Shown in pieces: positions 38,901-53,900 of a DNA stretch of 64,000 nt. Source of the DNA: Sphyrna mokarran (Eukaryota); NCBI GenBank assembly GCA_024679065.1, contig JAGIQG010000003.1, forward strand, positions 109,492,001-109,556,000, in the 5' to 3' direction. Each line of letters begins with the position of its first letter. Position 1 is the stretch's first letter. Below the pieces are notes generated by a model, which saw nothing but the letters and a program-made list of their open reading frames with translations, searched no databases and had not been told where the DNA came from. The position numbers and the translations under genes are program-made.

Positions 38901-41900
38901 ATGACAAATTGTTTTCCCAAGATTAGTGGAAAAGGAAAAATAGCCTGGATAGTATTCAGAGTCACAGAAAAAGAATGCTACAACAGCACATTCCTCAAAA
39001 CTGTAAACATGAACTAATTCCTCACATCATTTGTGCTCGAGATTTCAATGAGCTGTATTCAGAAATAAACAACTTCTGTTTATTTCATTTAACCTATTAG
39101 CCATAGGCTGGACTGAGTTATTGGAACTAGCGTTGGAGGATTAAAATACCATTGCACTGCACTTTTTAAAGTTTCTCTTTGTGAAAAAATTCAGCTGCAC
39201 AAATTGGGCGAGATGATTTGCCATCAGCCATCACTGCATTTACAATTCAGCCAACATTTAAAGTGAAGCAATGACTAACAGCCAACTCCGTTAAACATTC
39301 TTTACTTCTGACATTTTTCAAATGCCGAGCCGGCTCAATTACACAATCCAAATACTTTGAGAACAGACTCCAACAAATGTTTGGAATTCCTTTTTCAATC
39401 TTACCAGGAATCTTTAAGTTCAAATCACAGATGCTTCCAACGGTGGCTTCAGATGCAGCCTGTCTTCTGCGAGTGATGCTCTCTCTCATTCGTCCTTCAC
39501 CTGTTACTTTCACAGTGAATGGGCTCCCTGAAAATGTTTACGCAGTTAAAGGATATAAGACTCTGCGGTATAATAAGTTCCAATTGCTCATACACAGAAC
39601 TGTTTTGCTAAATTCTTGTAAATTAGCAGTGATTTTTAAAAGAATATTTTGCACAATGTTCATTTGGACCAAATGTCAGAATCTTTAACGAGAATATCTA
39701 GAGTGAAAGTGGCCATTCAGCCCATTGAATTGGCACCAATTCTGCCAAAAAGCATCTCAGCTAGCTACCCACCACCATTCCTACAACCCAAAAGATTTAT
39801 CATGGTTAATCTCCTAATCTATGCATCTCATGACACTAAGCAGCAGTTTAACACAGCCAATCCACCTAATCTGCACATCTTTGGACTGTGGGAGGAAACC
39901 CAAGCAGACATGGGGAGAATGGTGTGGAGTTTGCACAAAGACTGGGATTGAACCCAGGTTCTTGGTGCTGTGAGGCCATCCATAAATAATGCATTAAATA
40001 ATCTCAATTTACCAAAGGACAAATTGGCTTAATCAAAATTGGTTTCAAATACAAGTGCTCCAAATATTGTATACTTTGGTTCAATTGCTGAAATCAAGGA
40101 ATATTTCAACCTTAGTTATAATAAATAGGATTCCTCAAGTATTTGATCAAAGAACTAAATTCAGATCATAACCACAAGGGACCCTTGCCCAATATGCTAC
40201 ATTCAAAAGGCACCAGAACAATGACAAACCAGGCCAATTTCTGCATTAATTCTCAGAGCATGAGAATGTAGGTGCTACAGGAAATGAGTGCCAGAGATAA
40301 TACTTGTAAATAGAATATTTTACAAATAATAATAATGGTGGTTTTTCCTCTTTAAAAATTTAGAGGTAATAATGCAAAAGCAATTAGCTAGACATGATCT
40401 CAAAAGTTCGACAAGCTGCATACCATTATAGCAGGTTTACGTGACAAACGGCAAATAAATCACCAAAGCCAGCAGAATATGTCACAAACTTTATCTACTC
40501 ATGTACTGTATCAATTCAGAACAAAAGCAGTGATATTGAAACACCATACTGGATCAAACAGAAAAGATATGCTTGGTGGTTAAAGTGTGAATAAGAATTC
40601 AAATAGAAAATGACAGTATTTGTCATTGACTATACAGACTTTTTAATGCAGCCAATGTCTATTACTACAAACTAAACAGTCAAGTCTGGTTCATCAACAG
40701 ACCAAATTCAATTATTTCATTAGATACCTAGGAACCCAATTTGAACACAAGAACTGACTTTACTAGGGATTTTCAGCCCTGTTTATTAGCATGGATCCCT
40801 TTCTGCTGCAAAAGATGTAGCACTGTCAAATTATTGCATTACATTTTTGTTGCAATAAAGGAACTGTTTTCAGGAGTAAGGCTATACATCTATTACGTCT
40901 GGAAGTGATGGAGAAGATAAAAATGAAAGCATAATTTTGTGCAACTTTTCATACCTGGTACATGTTCATCAGCAAATTTGATATAAATAATGTAAGTGCC
41001 TGGCTCAGTTGGACAGTAGAAAACCTTGCAGGCACCATCCACAGTCTCTTCTGTATTAATATCCACCTTACTTGGACCTTCAATAGATAGTGCAAGACCA
41101 CCATAACCTGAAACATTTAAAGGCAATTACAAATCACATTTTGTTTAAAAAATTTCAAGATGTGCATTTTACTAACATGTTGCAGCCAATAGAATAATGT
41201 AACAAACTGTTCAGAGTGGACGTAGACATTCCATTAAGCCTACAAATTTGTGGGTAAAATCACAATCTCTATAGGGTAGGAAGAGACAGGTTAGCCTATT
41301 GAGTCTGCACCAATGCTCCAACACAGCATCTGACTCCTCCTGTAACTCTATATTTACCCTGCTAATCCTCCCAACCTATACATTCTGCAATCTTAACATG
41401 GCCAAACTGCCTAACCTACAAATCTTTGGACTTGGAACACTGAACAAAACTCATGCAGACAATTTTTTCCCACCTCTATCTATCCATCTCTGCTCAGGAG
41501 AGACGGATTAAGTGTTGTTCTTATGGAAAGTAGCTACATGTTTAAGGCTACATATATTGTACCATCACTTACTAATTGGTGTATAAACACTTGCCAGTTC
41601 AAGACAGTTAGTTCACTCCATGGAACACAAATTATGACTTGCCTGCTCCACACCACAGTTGAGACAATGGCCATTGAAGGCAATGGGAGCAGACAGAAGA
41701 GCAATAGTTAGATTCTCCAGCCAATCACATCCTGCTGCCAGCAAGGACAGAATTTGGCAGTCAGCCAAACCTCTGTTGACTGCAGTGGGATGAGAAGCCT
41801 GGTAGCGTGAACAGCTGGAGTCTGTTTTCCTGACTTGAGTCAGCAGTTGGGCAAGATTTGAATGGCCTGTTTCATTACTGCAAGGTTGTACAATTTTTTC

Positions 41901-44900
41901 TCAATTGGAGAACTGCTTATCAGGTGTCCTCAGAAGCACTGGCTTGCAAATGCTTCTTACCTGCATCCCTTGTGTCCACAATGAAGTCAGACATTTCAAA
42001 TGTACGTCCTGCTGTCAAACCTTCACCAGAGACCTTAACTCTGTTGGCATCTCCAATTTCAGACTGGCCAACCATAATGGCAATCGGGCTATTTGCCACA
42101 TGTCTTCCATTTTTCTTTATGCTGACAAGATGTTCACCCACTTCCCGTGGGATAAAGGAGATACCTATTGATCAAAAGATATCACACCTTTCAGCAGATC
42201 ATAATTCAGAAAACTCCCTCTCCATCACTCCAATCCTAAATAGTTTTGTGCATACATCTCATTTCCCTGTTAGATATACTTATGCAGCCAGCAGTCTCTA
42301 CAATCTACAACTTCCTTCTTAAAATGCCTCTATTAGTTCCTTCTTTGCCTCAAAGCCTATTTTGAGCCTCTTACATTTGAAGAAAACATCCTTACAATAC
42401 TGAAATAAAAGTAATTCACAAATGTTTCAAATACACAGCTCAAGTTTGAATTTTACATCACAATTGAGATATTAGATTCAGCATTCTTTTGCTAAAAACA
42501 AAGATTTGGCACAGAAATCAAAAGATTTTATTCCATCAGTCATGGTGTATTTCAATTTACAACTCAATTAAAAACAAAATTGACTACATTGCACAAGTAT
42601 TTTTGAAATGTTTATCTTGAGGCACAGAATGTAATTTCAGGCACTTACCAATATGGTTGTTTGGCAGTCTCTTCAGCAGGCATGGCTCATCTTGGCCAGA
42701 TGGAGATTTAATGCTGGCAGATAGCAAACTAAGGTCACTTTCATTGATGTCCAAAGAGATGTCAGCAGATGAACCAACCTTAACTTGTGATCTTCGTCTG
42801 CTATCATCTGAAAAACAGCCAAATGAACTTAGTTCAGAAATTTATAATTAAGAAAAAGATTTTTCTTATGTTAAGATTCTTTAGCTGAAAAGCTTTAGAA
42901 CAAAAGTGCATCATAATGAAGCTGATATTCTGTAAAAATAAAATGCATTAGGTCCAGTGTTTATAAACAGATGAATTTACCATTTTGCCAAAAACCCTGT
43001 TCTGTCTCAATTTTAAGAATTTCTAAACAGAGACAGCAGTATAACAATTTTAATTGATTCAAAGGTTTTGCATTATTGTAGTTTTGCCCCAATAACACAC
43101 CTTTTGAAGAACAGAATCAAGCAAAAACAACTTGGATTTCACATTAGTGAAGTCGTTACAGTGGATTGAATGCTGACAGTCTCACCCTTATTAGTCTGGA
43201 TTTTGTAGTGCTATCACATAAGTGTGACTATATTAAAACATTACCACTTCCTTAGCGATACACCTCATGCACACCTCAAACTAAATATACTTCAGTTGCT
43301 TGACAATCACTTCCCAATACAATATAAACTAGTTTATTGCAGGACCAAAACTTGTTCCACTTTATGCTTTTGTTTAGAAAATAGCTATTACACCAATAAA
43401 GCAACAAAAATCAGTACAATTATGAACTTCAGCCTTAAACTTCCAAACTTGGTACAACTGTGCCAGGATAAAATGGAACACAAATCTGTTAAGTTATTTT
43501 TGAGGAGATGTAGATAACATGTTCAAGATAGCACATCTGATCTGGAGACAAATTAGACAAGAGGCTAAAAAAGGTGGGTAGGCATGGTGTCAATACTGCA
43601 GCTTCAACAGTGACCTGGGTTCAATTCCCAGCTTGGGTGACTGTACAGAGTTGCACATTGTGTCTGCATGGGTTTCACCCACAGTCCAAAAGATGTGCAG
43701 GTTAGGTGAATTGGCCAAGCTAAATTGCTCCCTGGGGAGACTAGATAGTAAATACATAGGATTATGGAGAAAAGGCCTGGGTAAGATTGCAGTCAGTTCA
43801 GCCTCAATGGGCTGAATGACCACCTCCCGTACTGTAGGATACTATGATGTGTTATTAATTAGTATTGTTACAGCAATTTTTTGAAGAGTGTAAATAAATA
43901 TTTGCCCAGCTTGACAAACGTATTACAGGATTTCATGGTGAATGTGGTCCAACATTAACCCTCTAATATAGCAAGTTCACTATCCAGTACTTCACTCAGC
44001 AGCACGCACAAGCTGAGGACAGCACAGCAACATTGTCAGAATCCAAACAAAGGGATTCAGACACTTGTGGTGAGACAGAAGTAGTTGTCATAAAAAGAGG
44101 AAATTTACCAGCATTTGTAAGTCAGAGAAAGGTGGGGAGGGAAAAAAAAAATGACAGATGGATCACCAATTAAGGAAAGGTCAATAAGTTGCTAAAAAGT
44201 AAATAAACAAAGGATGTGGGAAAACTTGGAATTCCATGTCTGAAAAAGGTATAGAGACACCACACAAAAAGTATTTGTATGTTTGTTTATGTGGGGAACT
44301 ATGGCCTGCATGACAGTATCAGAAGGTGGGATTAGAATGGAGTGTTTTTGGTCAACTGGCACAGACACAATGAGCCAAATGGCCTCATTAAATGAAGTCA
44401 GTTGACCTCATACTATAATTCCTACTCGTTTAAGTGACTAAATAAGGTGAACAAACAAGATAGCTACTTTGCAGTAGTCATTAAGTTAGGAATTGTCTGA
44501 TTGTAACTAAGTTTCATAAACTCTAGCATTTGAACATGGAGAGTCTAAACAATTAGCTAGAACCAAAATTTGTTATCCCAATTAAATCATAACTGCAATT
44601 TTACTAGTTCAGAATTCCCAGCTACACTAATTTTCCCAATTTCAGTTCTCTTGTATAACTAAAGTTTCAAAGCATTTTTGTTATGCTACACAATTAGTGT
44701 TAGTACTAGACTAGGTTCATATTAAAGATCAAGTCCATTTCACAATTAGAAATCATATATAGGTTTAACCTACTGAAACTTAGAACAATACAGCACAGAA
44801 CAGGCCCTTCGGCCTTCGATGTTGTGCCGACCAAAATAAAAAGCAATGCCCCTCCTAACTAAACCATTCCCTTCTCATCCATATACTTATCAACTAACCT

Positions 44901-47900
44901 CTTAAACGCCACCAAACTTGGCGCATCTACAACAGCTGCAGGCAGGGCATTCCACTCCCTAATCACTCTTTGAGTAAAGAACCTACCTCTGATATCCGTC
45001 CTATAACTCATACCCCTTAATTTAAAGTTGTGTCCCCTCGTGCTAGCTTTTTCCATCCTAGGAAAAAGGCTATCACTGTCCACCCTATCCAAACCTCTAA
45101 TTATCTTATATGATAATTAATGATGATTATCTAATTATCTTATTCTCAATTTCATAGTAGATAATTTATTACCTGTAATTTTGGCAGTGAAAGGGCTTCC
45201 AGGAATATGTTTTTCATTGTATTTGACAACAATACTGTAATCACCTGGCAGGGTTGGCAGGTAAGAGACTGTACAAGTGCCATTCTTGTTATCTGTGCAA
45301 TTGATTTCTGCCTTAGAAGGTCCCTCAATGGCTAAGTCCAGACCTCCTATGTAGTGAGGAAGGAGACAAGACAAAAATTTCACTTTAGAACATTTGGACC
45401 AATCTTATACAGTAATCGTGAAGGAAGAAAATCTTCCTTCATATTAGAGGACACATTACCAAAATGGATTATACTAGATAGAATTTGAAAAATCAGGTGA
45501 TAGCTCATGTTACTTCCAAATTGCTGTTAGAACAATTATTGGAGCAAAATTGGTAACTTTTAACAACTGTTAAGGTTGCATGTTACAACCAGTTGAACAC
45601 CAGTCAGCAAACTGTTCTTGGATCAAAGACCTATTAGTGGTTTCATAGCTGACTCAAAACAGCATGCACATGTATCCTATAATGTTCTGCAAAATAAAAA
45701 AAGGCACTACAGAGTATTCATAGTTTGACGCTTACCTTCTCCAGCATCTTCAGTTACAATTGTAAAAGTAGCTAGTTTGTTGACAACGCCATAGACAAGG
45801 CCTGGACCGTATGCTGACACATGTCCACTACTTCCATAATTCACAAAGAACTGTAGTGGACTCTCTGAAAGTAAATCAAATACATGGATTTAATTCTGCT
45901 CAAGGTAATTCCAAAGATGTTGAAGAATGACATCTAAAGGCAAGATATAGTATGGTTGAATGCAGTGAACTAAATAAGCATAGCTTAGAATCTCCTGCAC
46001 CAGTCTGAATTCAAATGTATTTAGCTTGGTAGTTATTGGTTGATCTTAAATACAGTATTTTTACTCAGGTTTGACAACATTGGACAAATGGAAGTTAATC
46101 TATCAACTACATTGCCAAGTCCTCAATCTCTACTCTTATTTCAGGATAGATTAGATAAGGTCAAAACTCAAAACACCCAAAGTCATAGAGACAACTTCTG
46201 CCTCATCTGACCTTAAATTTGGAACTTTTATTCTTGGATGTGTTAAATATTACATTAGTTCAAGATTTCTATGCTATTGAGATTCGTATTACATGCAAAA
46301 TGTATGCCAAAAAGTGTATGCCAGACAGGCCTAAAAAAAATGAATACCTGGAATATGTCTGCCATTGTACTTGATGTGCATCTCATGTAGCCCAACCTCA
46401 GTCGGCGCATATTTGACAGTCACGGTACCATCTTTATTATCAATAATTTCTGGCTTAGCAGTTTTTTTGGAAGGCATGTGAACTTCACCTACATTATATA
46501 CAAGTCAAATACAAGATAGTTGCAAAATGCAGGTTAAATAATTCTGAATATTAAACTATTAACTTTTCAAAAATGCAACATGAAAAAAATCAACTTCCAA
46601 AATGCATCATTTGTGAAAACAATCTAGGTAACAAGGCAGCAATAAGTATAACCAGTTGTAAGCAAAAATTCAGAAGCTAATGAGCTTTACCCCCACCACG
46701 CCCCCCTCCCCATAACCATGTCACAAATACTGCAATCCTAGCTCCTCTTAATTACCAAAGTACTGTGTACAATGGTTATTGCATCCTCTACAACCTTAAC
46801 ATTTCATCCTGCATCATGGCCAACTATTGGATCATAGGGATCAAGCTGCCAAAATATTATTTCACATCAAGTTATTCAAAAAAGTTCTCAACTTGAACAA
46901 TTAGGTGTCAGGTTTGCCTTTTCACATTACAGGAATAAACCTGGCAGTAAGCAGATGGCTTTCATTCTGGCTATTTTGGGTAGGTTTCAAACAAAGTAAT
47001 TGAGAACATATTATAGTTGGGGCATCTGCAAAGTTCTCTCAATTGGAAAACTATATCATTGCTCTATTTAAAGGGGAACAATTAGTCTGAAATCTGACAC
47101 TGACAGACTGGAGTCTGTAATTAAGGATACAGATGACCAAATATCTTAATTCCAACCATGAGAGCACTAGAATAGATTCTTAAAGCTTGGGTGGCACTAA
47201 ACAAATGGGATTGAATGTCTGAAATGGCTACTAATTAGTGATGCAGAGATGCTAGCATTGGACTGGGATGAGTATCTTAAGAAATCTCAATACCAGGTTG
47301 AAGTCCAAATGGACTATCTTGGTTTTCATGTTGCTGCATTTGCTGTAGAGCTGGCCTATCAGGTGGTTGATGAGCATGAGGGGGTCTGATGGCAAAGTCT
47401 CAGCACAGTCTGTGTTATAGGTTGTCAGGTGTTGAGACTTACTGTACCAGTTAGCAAACAGGGGAATGTTGATGGATGCCACTGATATGGACATCCAGAA
47501 TGCATATGACTGAAGTTCTCCATAAGAGGCTGTTGGCCAAAGATTAAGTTTGGAATTGGAGGCAAATTACTGACCCTGTTAGAAAATTGAGCCTAGTGGA
47601 AGGGGATAAGTGTAAAGAAAATGGGAAGAAAGCAAATGGTGATTCAAGTACTGGGGTATTAATTATTCACTAATTAATAATTTGGCTTAGTTGATGACAG
47701 ATTGCATAAGTTTATTGTTTTCTATTATCTCTTCTAATGTTTCATTTAAGAAGTGGACAAAACTTTGGATTTCAATATTGCTAAAAAGACATTCTTGCAC
47801 TTATAAAGACAATCCCTGCCAATGTCAGGGAAAACAACTTTACACTATGGGAAAGGTTCACTGATTGATTGGCAAATGGATGATTGGTAGAGGTGTCATT

Positions 47901-50900
47901 ATGGGAGAATGCACCAGTTGACAGTAACTGAGTTAGGCTACAAGGCTTGGTTTGAAATTTGAACCAGGCAGCGAGACTCTGGTCAAGGCATGAACCAGTG
48001 AATGACTCAGCTAAAACTGATAGCGTGGGTATATTTTGTCAAAGACCAAAGTTCTGCACATTAATACACTTGGCATCCAGCATGTGCAAATCATTGAGTC
48101 CATCTATTGTAAATTTTTAAGCACACTTCAGGATTATCTTGCAAATGTTGTCTGGTGCACATTCATATCTAATGTTGGACATAGTTTTGCATTTTGTTTG
48201 CATATGGTCTGAACTTGGCCAGTTGCAAACAGGGACATGGGGCCCTGTTTTACCATTTTGACTCTAAGTGCTGGGTGCACTTGAAACAGTGTTTCAGATC
48301 CAATTTTTAGTTATGGGGGTTCTCAGGCACCCCATTACACACTGCCTGTAAAAATATCAGCAATTCCGAATCATGCAACAAGCCTGTGGTCGGGACTTAA
48401 CACACCCAAAATCAGATCAGCACTTCCAACTGCACTTATGCAGGGAAAAAAATGCTATAACGCAGCATCCTTCCCACATTGCTCCCAGGCTGGATATGCC
48501 TTCCTCTAGCACCCTTCCACAGCAGATTCCCTTCTCTCTCTACTCCACTTCACCTCCCAGACTGACCACAGACCCCTTTTGATATCTTGTCCTCCACTCA
48601 GCACTTACTCCTCACTAACAAGTATCTAAACTGGACGTGGAGCTGTTTGTTTCACATCAATTCTGGATAGGTGAGCAGTGATAAAGGGGGAAGTGTCAGT
48701 AAAGTTGGGCGTGCAGTTTATTAAGCCAATTTAAATGCATGCAAATGGTTGTCATGCCCAATCATGACCATTTTTGGGCCTTGATAAAGGAGGAACCAGC
48801 ATGGAAGCAGGCATGGACTACATTAAGCACCTCACGCTTAACTACCAATTTTTCGTGCCCAACAGGCACAACTTAATGGTAAAATCAGGTCCATATAGTA
48901 TTTGATAAGATCCAACAATCTTTGCAACGTGCAGCCAACATACCAAGCATTACATTAGCACTGATTTATGTACCATATTGCTTGAGCAATGAACAGAATT
49001 GCTGAAATTGTGGTGTTACAATGGCAGGATCTTGCATCCTGCCAACAGTACACCCCTGCCACAGGTTTCCCAATAGGAAACCTGACAATAGCAGGACTAT
49101 AAGAACACTTGGCCAGAGAGCAGCACACTGTCTTCCACCACAGTGAAACACACTGGGGGGCACAGCTGAATTACAGGAGTTAGACAACCAAATTGGATTT
49201 CTGAATTACTTAAACTTGGCAAGCATAAAAAGCTATAACCAGCAGATGGAAAAAAGGTAAACAGTGCCTGAAGGATCAATGACAGGCACAGAATCAGATA
49301 GCACTCAAGTCAGTCTTTAAAAACCTAGCTCTGCTCAAATTTAAGTATTACTCCAATCTTAAGAGGCAAAATTGGTGCCCTAGTAAATACATTTTCAAAG
49401 AAACTTGTAGAGGGGGGGACAATTTGGGTGGTTGCAACAGTCCAAGAACAAATTTTTGAATACAGAATTTTGCACTACAAAGACCTCTAGCAACCTTATT
49501 TTCCATCCATGATGGCAAATTTTACCTGTGATTTCCCCTGTCCTGAGAGCAAAAGGAATGACGATATCAAAAGGTTTCAAACCCAAGCCATCTATTCCAT
49601 CAACTGGTGTGTAGGCACCGTCAAGAACCTTAGAAACAGGATGAGAAATCATTTGAAACCTACATTGCTCTTGAGACTTTGACTTGGCAAAAAAATGCTA
49701 GTTTGCCATTGTTGCCCATGTGACATGGAACAAAAATTGGTTCACAAAAATTAAGAGTTTACTATGCAATCTTAAAGAAAAAAGCCATTTCATGTCAGTT
49801 TCTGAAATAGAAGGTAACATTGTGTTCAATGGAATGGATGGATTCCCAGGTATCAATGCGAGGTATTCATTCAATGCGAAAAATCTCCCACCAGTTGTTT
49901 GAATTGCAATTAAATCTGAAACACCAAGAGCTAGAAAAAGGCCTCCAAATGGCAGTACATGAGCAGGGCTATCTTCACTGCTCTAGAGGCTCAGCTCCAA
50001 CTGGACTAAGTTAGCTGTAACCAAGAGGTTTTAAATAGTTAATCAGTTATTTACAGACAATATTAAATTTCAACTGCAGTGTGCAACAGAAGAGAAAAAC
50101 AGGAACTTAAGATGTCAATCCATTTAGAGAAGGTGGTTCTCGGCTTGTGCCTGCAAAGAACAGTAGAGCAGCAAAATAGAAAGTAAAAGGATCAAAGTGC
50201 AATCTCAATTAACAAGCAGTGCTGCACCCATTTGTTGGGTTTGAGGGAGGTTATTAAATTTTGTAATTATTAACATTACAAACAATTCAGTTTTGCATCC
50301 TCAAAGTAACCAAATTCAGATTCACAGACACCATGGGGAGATAGGCATTCCCTCAATATTGAAAGGAAAGACAGCAATTAAAAATGAGCATTTCAAATTT
50401 ATATTTTTTTCATGACAAATGATTAGATTCTGCATGAGTGTCAAAGCAGGCAGAGCAAGTGTAGCTGCAAGTTTAATTTTACATAAACGGGGAAAGTTAA
50501 CCTTTATGGGCTCGTTTTGGTGATAACTGAATGACTATTTAAAGAAATTCAAATTAACACTGACATTATTGATTGGGTTACACTCTTCAGAAGTGGCAAT
50601 AAAGCTCAGGTAGATAAAACAATAAAGGTGGTAATATGTATACCAACTTCATTTTCTGTAATCTCCACAACAAATCAAAAGCACAATGCTTGTAATGTTT
50701 CAGGTTACAAGCTTAATTAAGGATCATAGCTTCAAATGTCTGATCACAAGCTATTCATTTTATAGTTTTGCAGATAGCAGCATTAAAATTACTAGCACTA
50801 GGTTAAGGCAGCTGGCAAAAATCCCAAAAGCTGACATTTACAAAACCTTCAAGCAGCCTGGTGGTCAATCCTATCAACTGCTAAACTGTTAATGACAATA

Positions 50901-53900
50901 TTGACATGTTACCTCACTCTTGGGGAATATTGTTTCCCAACATCAAGTCACCATAATCAGGCTGAATATTATATTTTCTACTGGTCAAAAAAGTGTTATG
51001 ATTTATTTAATTCATGCAAGTAATGGAAATTTTACAAACTATTTCTTTCCTTCAATCAATATTTCAACTGAAGTATCTGAATTGCAAAGTAAACAACCCC
51101 TCAGCCCAGCATCCAAGGTGTTTGAAATCTGCTTTAAAAAATGCAAGCTATTTTCCAATAAGTCAAGTGATTTTTTTTTTTCACTATGTAAAAAGATGCA
51201 ATCTCTTTTTAAAGTTAGTGACCTTTAACTGGCATTGTTACAGCTTTAAACTGCTTAACACAACAGGCAAACTTCATTTCAATAATCAGCCAGCTACTCA
51301 TGGACAATGCGGTTAGAAAATAATGTTGGGTACCCCAAGTTAAAGTTGGAGTAGAAATAAACAGCAGACACTGCATTCACCTGTTTAAAATACAGAGCAT
51401 TTAACATCCATCAGATAATGAAAGTACAATTCACAGTAGCTAAAATAGTTGGATAATTGAATAGAGGAAAAAGAAATCAAGCAGTCCAAATGGCAGATCC
51501 CAGCAAGCGTGAACACTAGCTTTGGAAGAAAACAGGAGAATAGAAAGTTTAACATATTAAAATCTGTACCCAGGGTTGGAAGCCAGGGGGATATGCATTT
51601 AGGGATTGCTGCTGCTGTTGTACCATCTGCTGTGGCACTACTGGAACTTCATCTGTGGCCTAGTGAATGGTAAACAGCAAGTTAGTCCTTTCTTACAAAG
51701 CACTTTTGAATAATGAGTTAATATTTAATCTAGCTGTTTAAACTGTACATTACATGCAGTAATACATTTAATTTGTTATTGAATAATTCAGATAGTTTTA
51801 AAAATGCATCAGCAGCCATAAGAGACTAACCATTATTCATGTTAAATTAATAAAAGTTTTCACAATTACATTCAAATATCATCGTAAAATGACATTTTCC
51901 AACTCGTACCATGGGATATGAGCATTAAATACTTTGGTATAAAAACTAGTACTTGCAATCAGTTTTGATTTTGCATCAGTTCATACTTATCAGAATGATT
52001 TTTGCTAGGTCAACTGTCATTTGATTTCAGGTTCTGATGGAGATTTCTGAAACCTCACTCCTTAGCAATTGCCTTTTTAAAAAACATTTATACTCATTAC
52101 AGCACTTAAAGAGGCTGTCATTTGCCCTATTATGCCCATGCCAGCCAAAGAGCAGCATCAGGCATAGTTGCACATTCCAATTCTTGGTCAGTAGCCTACA
52201 ACATTTCAAAATGAATATCCAAAGGTTTAAATGTGATAAGGTTTGCAGCAGCTACCACCCTTTCCTGCAGCAAGTTCCAGACCACCACTTGCTGTATGAG
52301 AAATAAATTCCCAATCTATCACCTATCAAGAGAAAATTCAGTCAAATGTAGTTACATTTAGCTGTTTGGAATTATATTCACATGTAGTAGGACACCACAT
52401 TTGAAAATTTATGAAATAGAACAGCACTTATTTAGACTAGAGAACACCAACTGTTCTTTATACTCGAGAGCCATTGAGAGAATAAAATTACAAGAGAGCA
52501 ATAAGTAGGTAGAATGAAGACATAGGTGTGTAATTAGTATGGAGTAGTAATTAGAAACACTGAACTCTAAACGCTGTTAATTGGTTAACAATGGAAACTA
52601 AACAATAGATCAATAGTGCTAAATATTTAACTACAAGCTTAATAAAGTACATCTATCCCAACCTGGGAGAATAAAGGCTGGGATTTTGATGGAACAAAGA
52701 TAAATTAGCTCAATGATAAAGGCAGAAGAATCTAGAATAAGATATGCCAAGGCTGATAATAGCACAAAAAAGAGAGACTCCTGTGTAATGTCGTCAAAGA
52801 ATGGTACACGTTATTTGGCTCCAGTTTAAGAAAGATAAAAGATTCAGGTAGATATAGATGCAGCACTGCTGGGGGATAAATGTTCAAAATGGAAGCTGCA
52901 TTCAAGTCAACTGGAGGGAAGAAAAATGTCAAAAGCTCAGCTGGTATTTATTTCAGAATATTGGAAGATTGGACCAGTGATAGTGGATGCATTGACCACA
53001 GGTTTTCAACACTTATAGGCATTTACTTAATGCAAAGGTTGATGGTAGGATACGTGGGAACAAAAGATTAGGAGCAGAGTGTTCAGCATGGACAAAACTC
53101 AACTTCCAAAACTTTTATACAACGACCTCATGATCAGGGAGTGTTACACACAACATATTATTTCAGTGTTGTAGAATATGGACATTTCAATGCTAATAGA
53201 CAAAATCTTAAACTTAAATTCAAAACACAGTCCAACATACTATAACTTCAGTTTGGGCTTAAATGGCAAACAAGTTTGACATGATACATTTCAAAATTGC
53301 TCCATTCGCCAATATTTTTTCTGCATATTTGGAAATTAGAAATTGGTGCACACCATATTTAAGATGCTGTGTGTTGGATCTATAATGTTCAATATTCATC
53401 CTGAACAAGAGGATGCACTATATTGCAGTGACAGGATAAGGATTATAGTTTTATTGAACAAGAGCATTTGGTTTAGAATTTGGCAATAATCAGATTTGGG
53501 ATTAGTTTGGATCCATTGGATTGCAGACAGGCTAGGTATCAGATTAGAAGTCAGCAGAACTTTATGCTTTGAGAAAAGGAGCTGGAATAGGCTAAAATTT
53601 TTAATAGCCTTCCATTATTAAGATCATTTTGACCTAGCAAAATGAACTAAATTCAAGGAATTTTGATTTTTCAAACATTGCTCCATTTATACTCAGTTTG
53701 TAGCTGTACAGATTCAAGCCAATTTTAAATTACTTGGTCTACCACAGTTAAGATTCAATTGTGTTAGATTGACAAACAGAACAAATCTGCAGCTAGCAAC
53801 CTTGACTGAATAAATTTTCACTTGTTTTAATTAAAAAAGTGCCATGTATGAAGGGCAATTGATTCTTTTGGACAATTTCAATTGCAAGCAGTAGATACTT

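Noticed and set aside
39460-39462. CAG codon that A-to-I editing could turn into Arg, restoring an RxxS motif
   Set aside because: No complementary sequence was found, and Q at this position also occurs genomically in FLNC.
49629-49661. Alternative upstream acceptor (TAG at 49660-49661) for the 103-nt exon
   Set aside because: It introduces an in-frame TAA and lacks a good pyrimidine tract.
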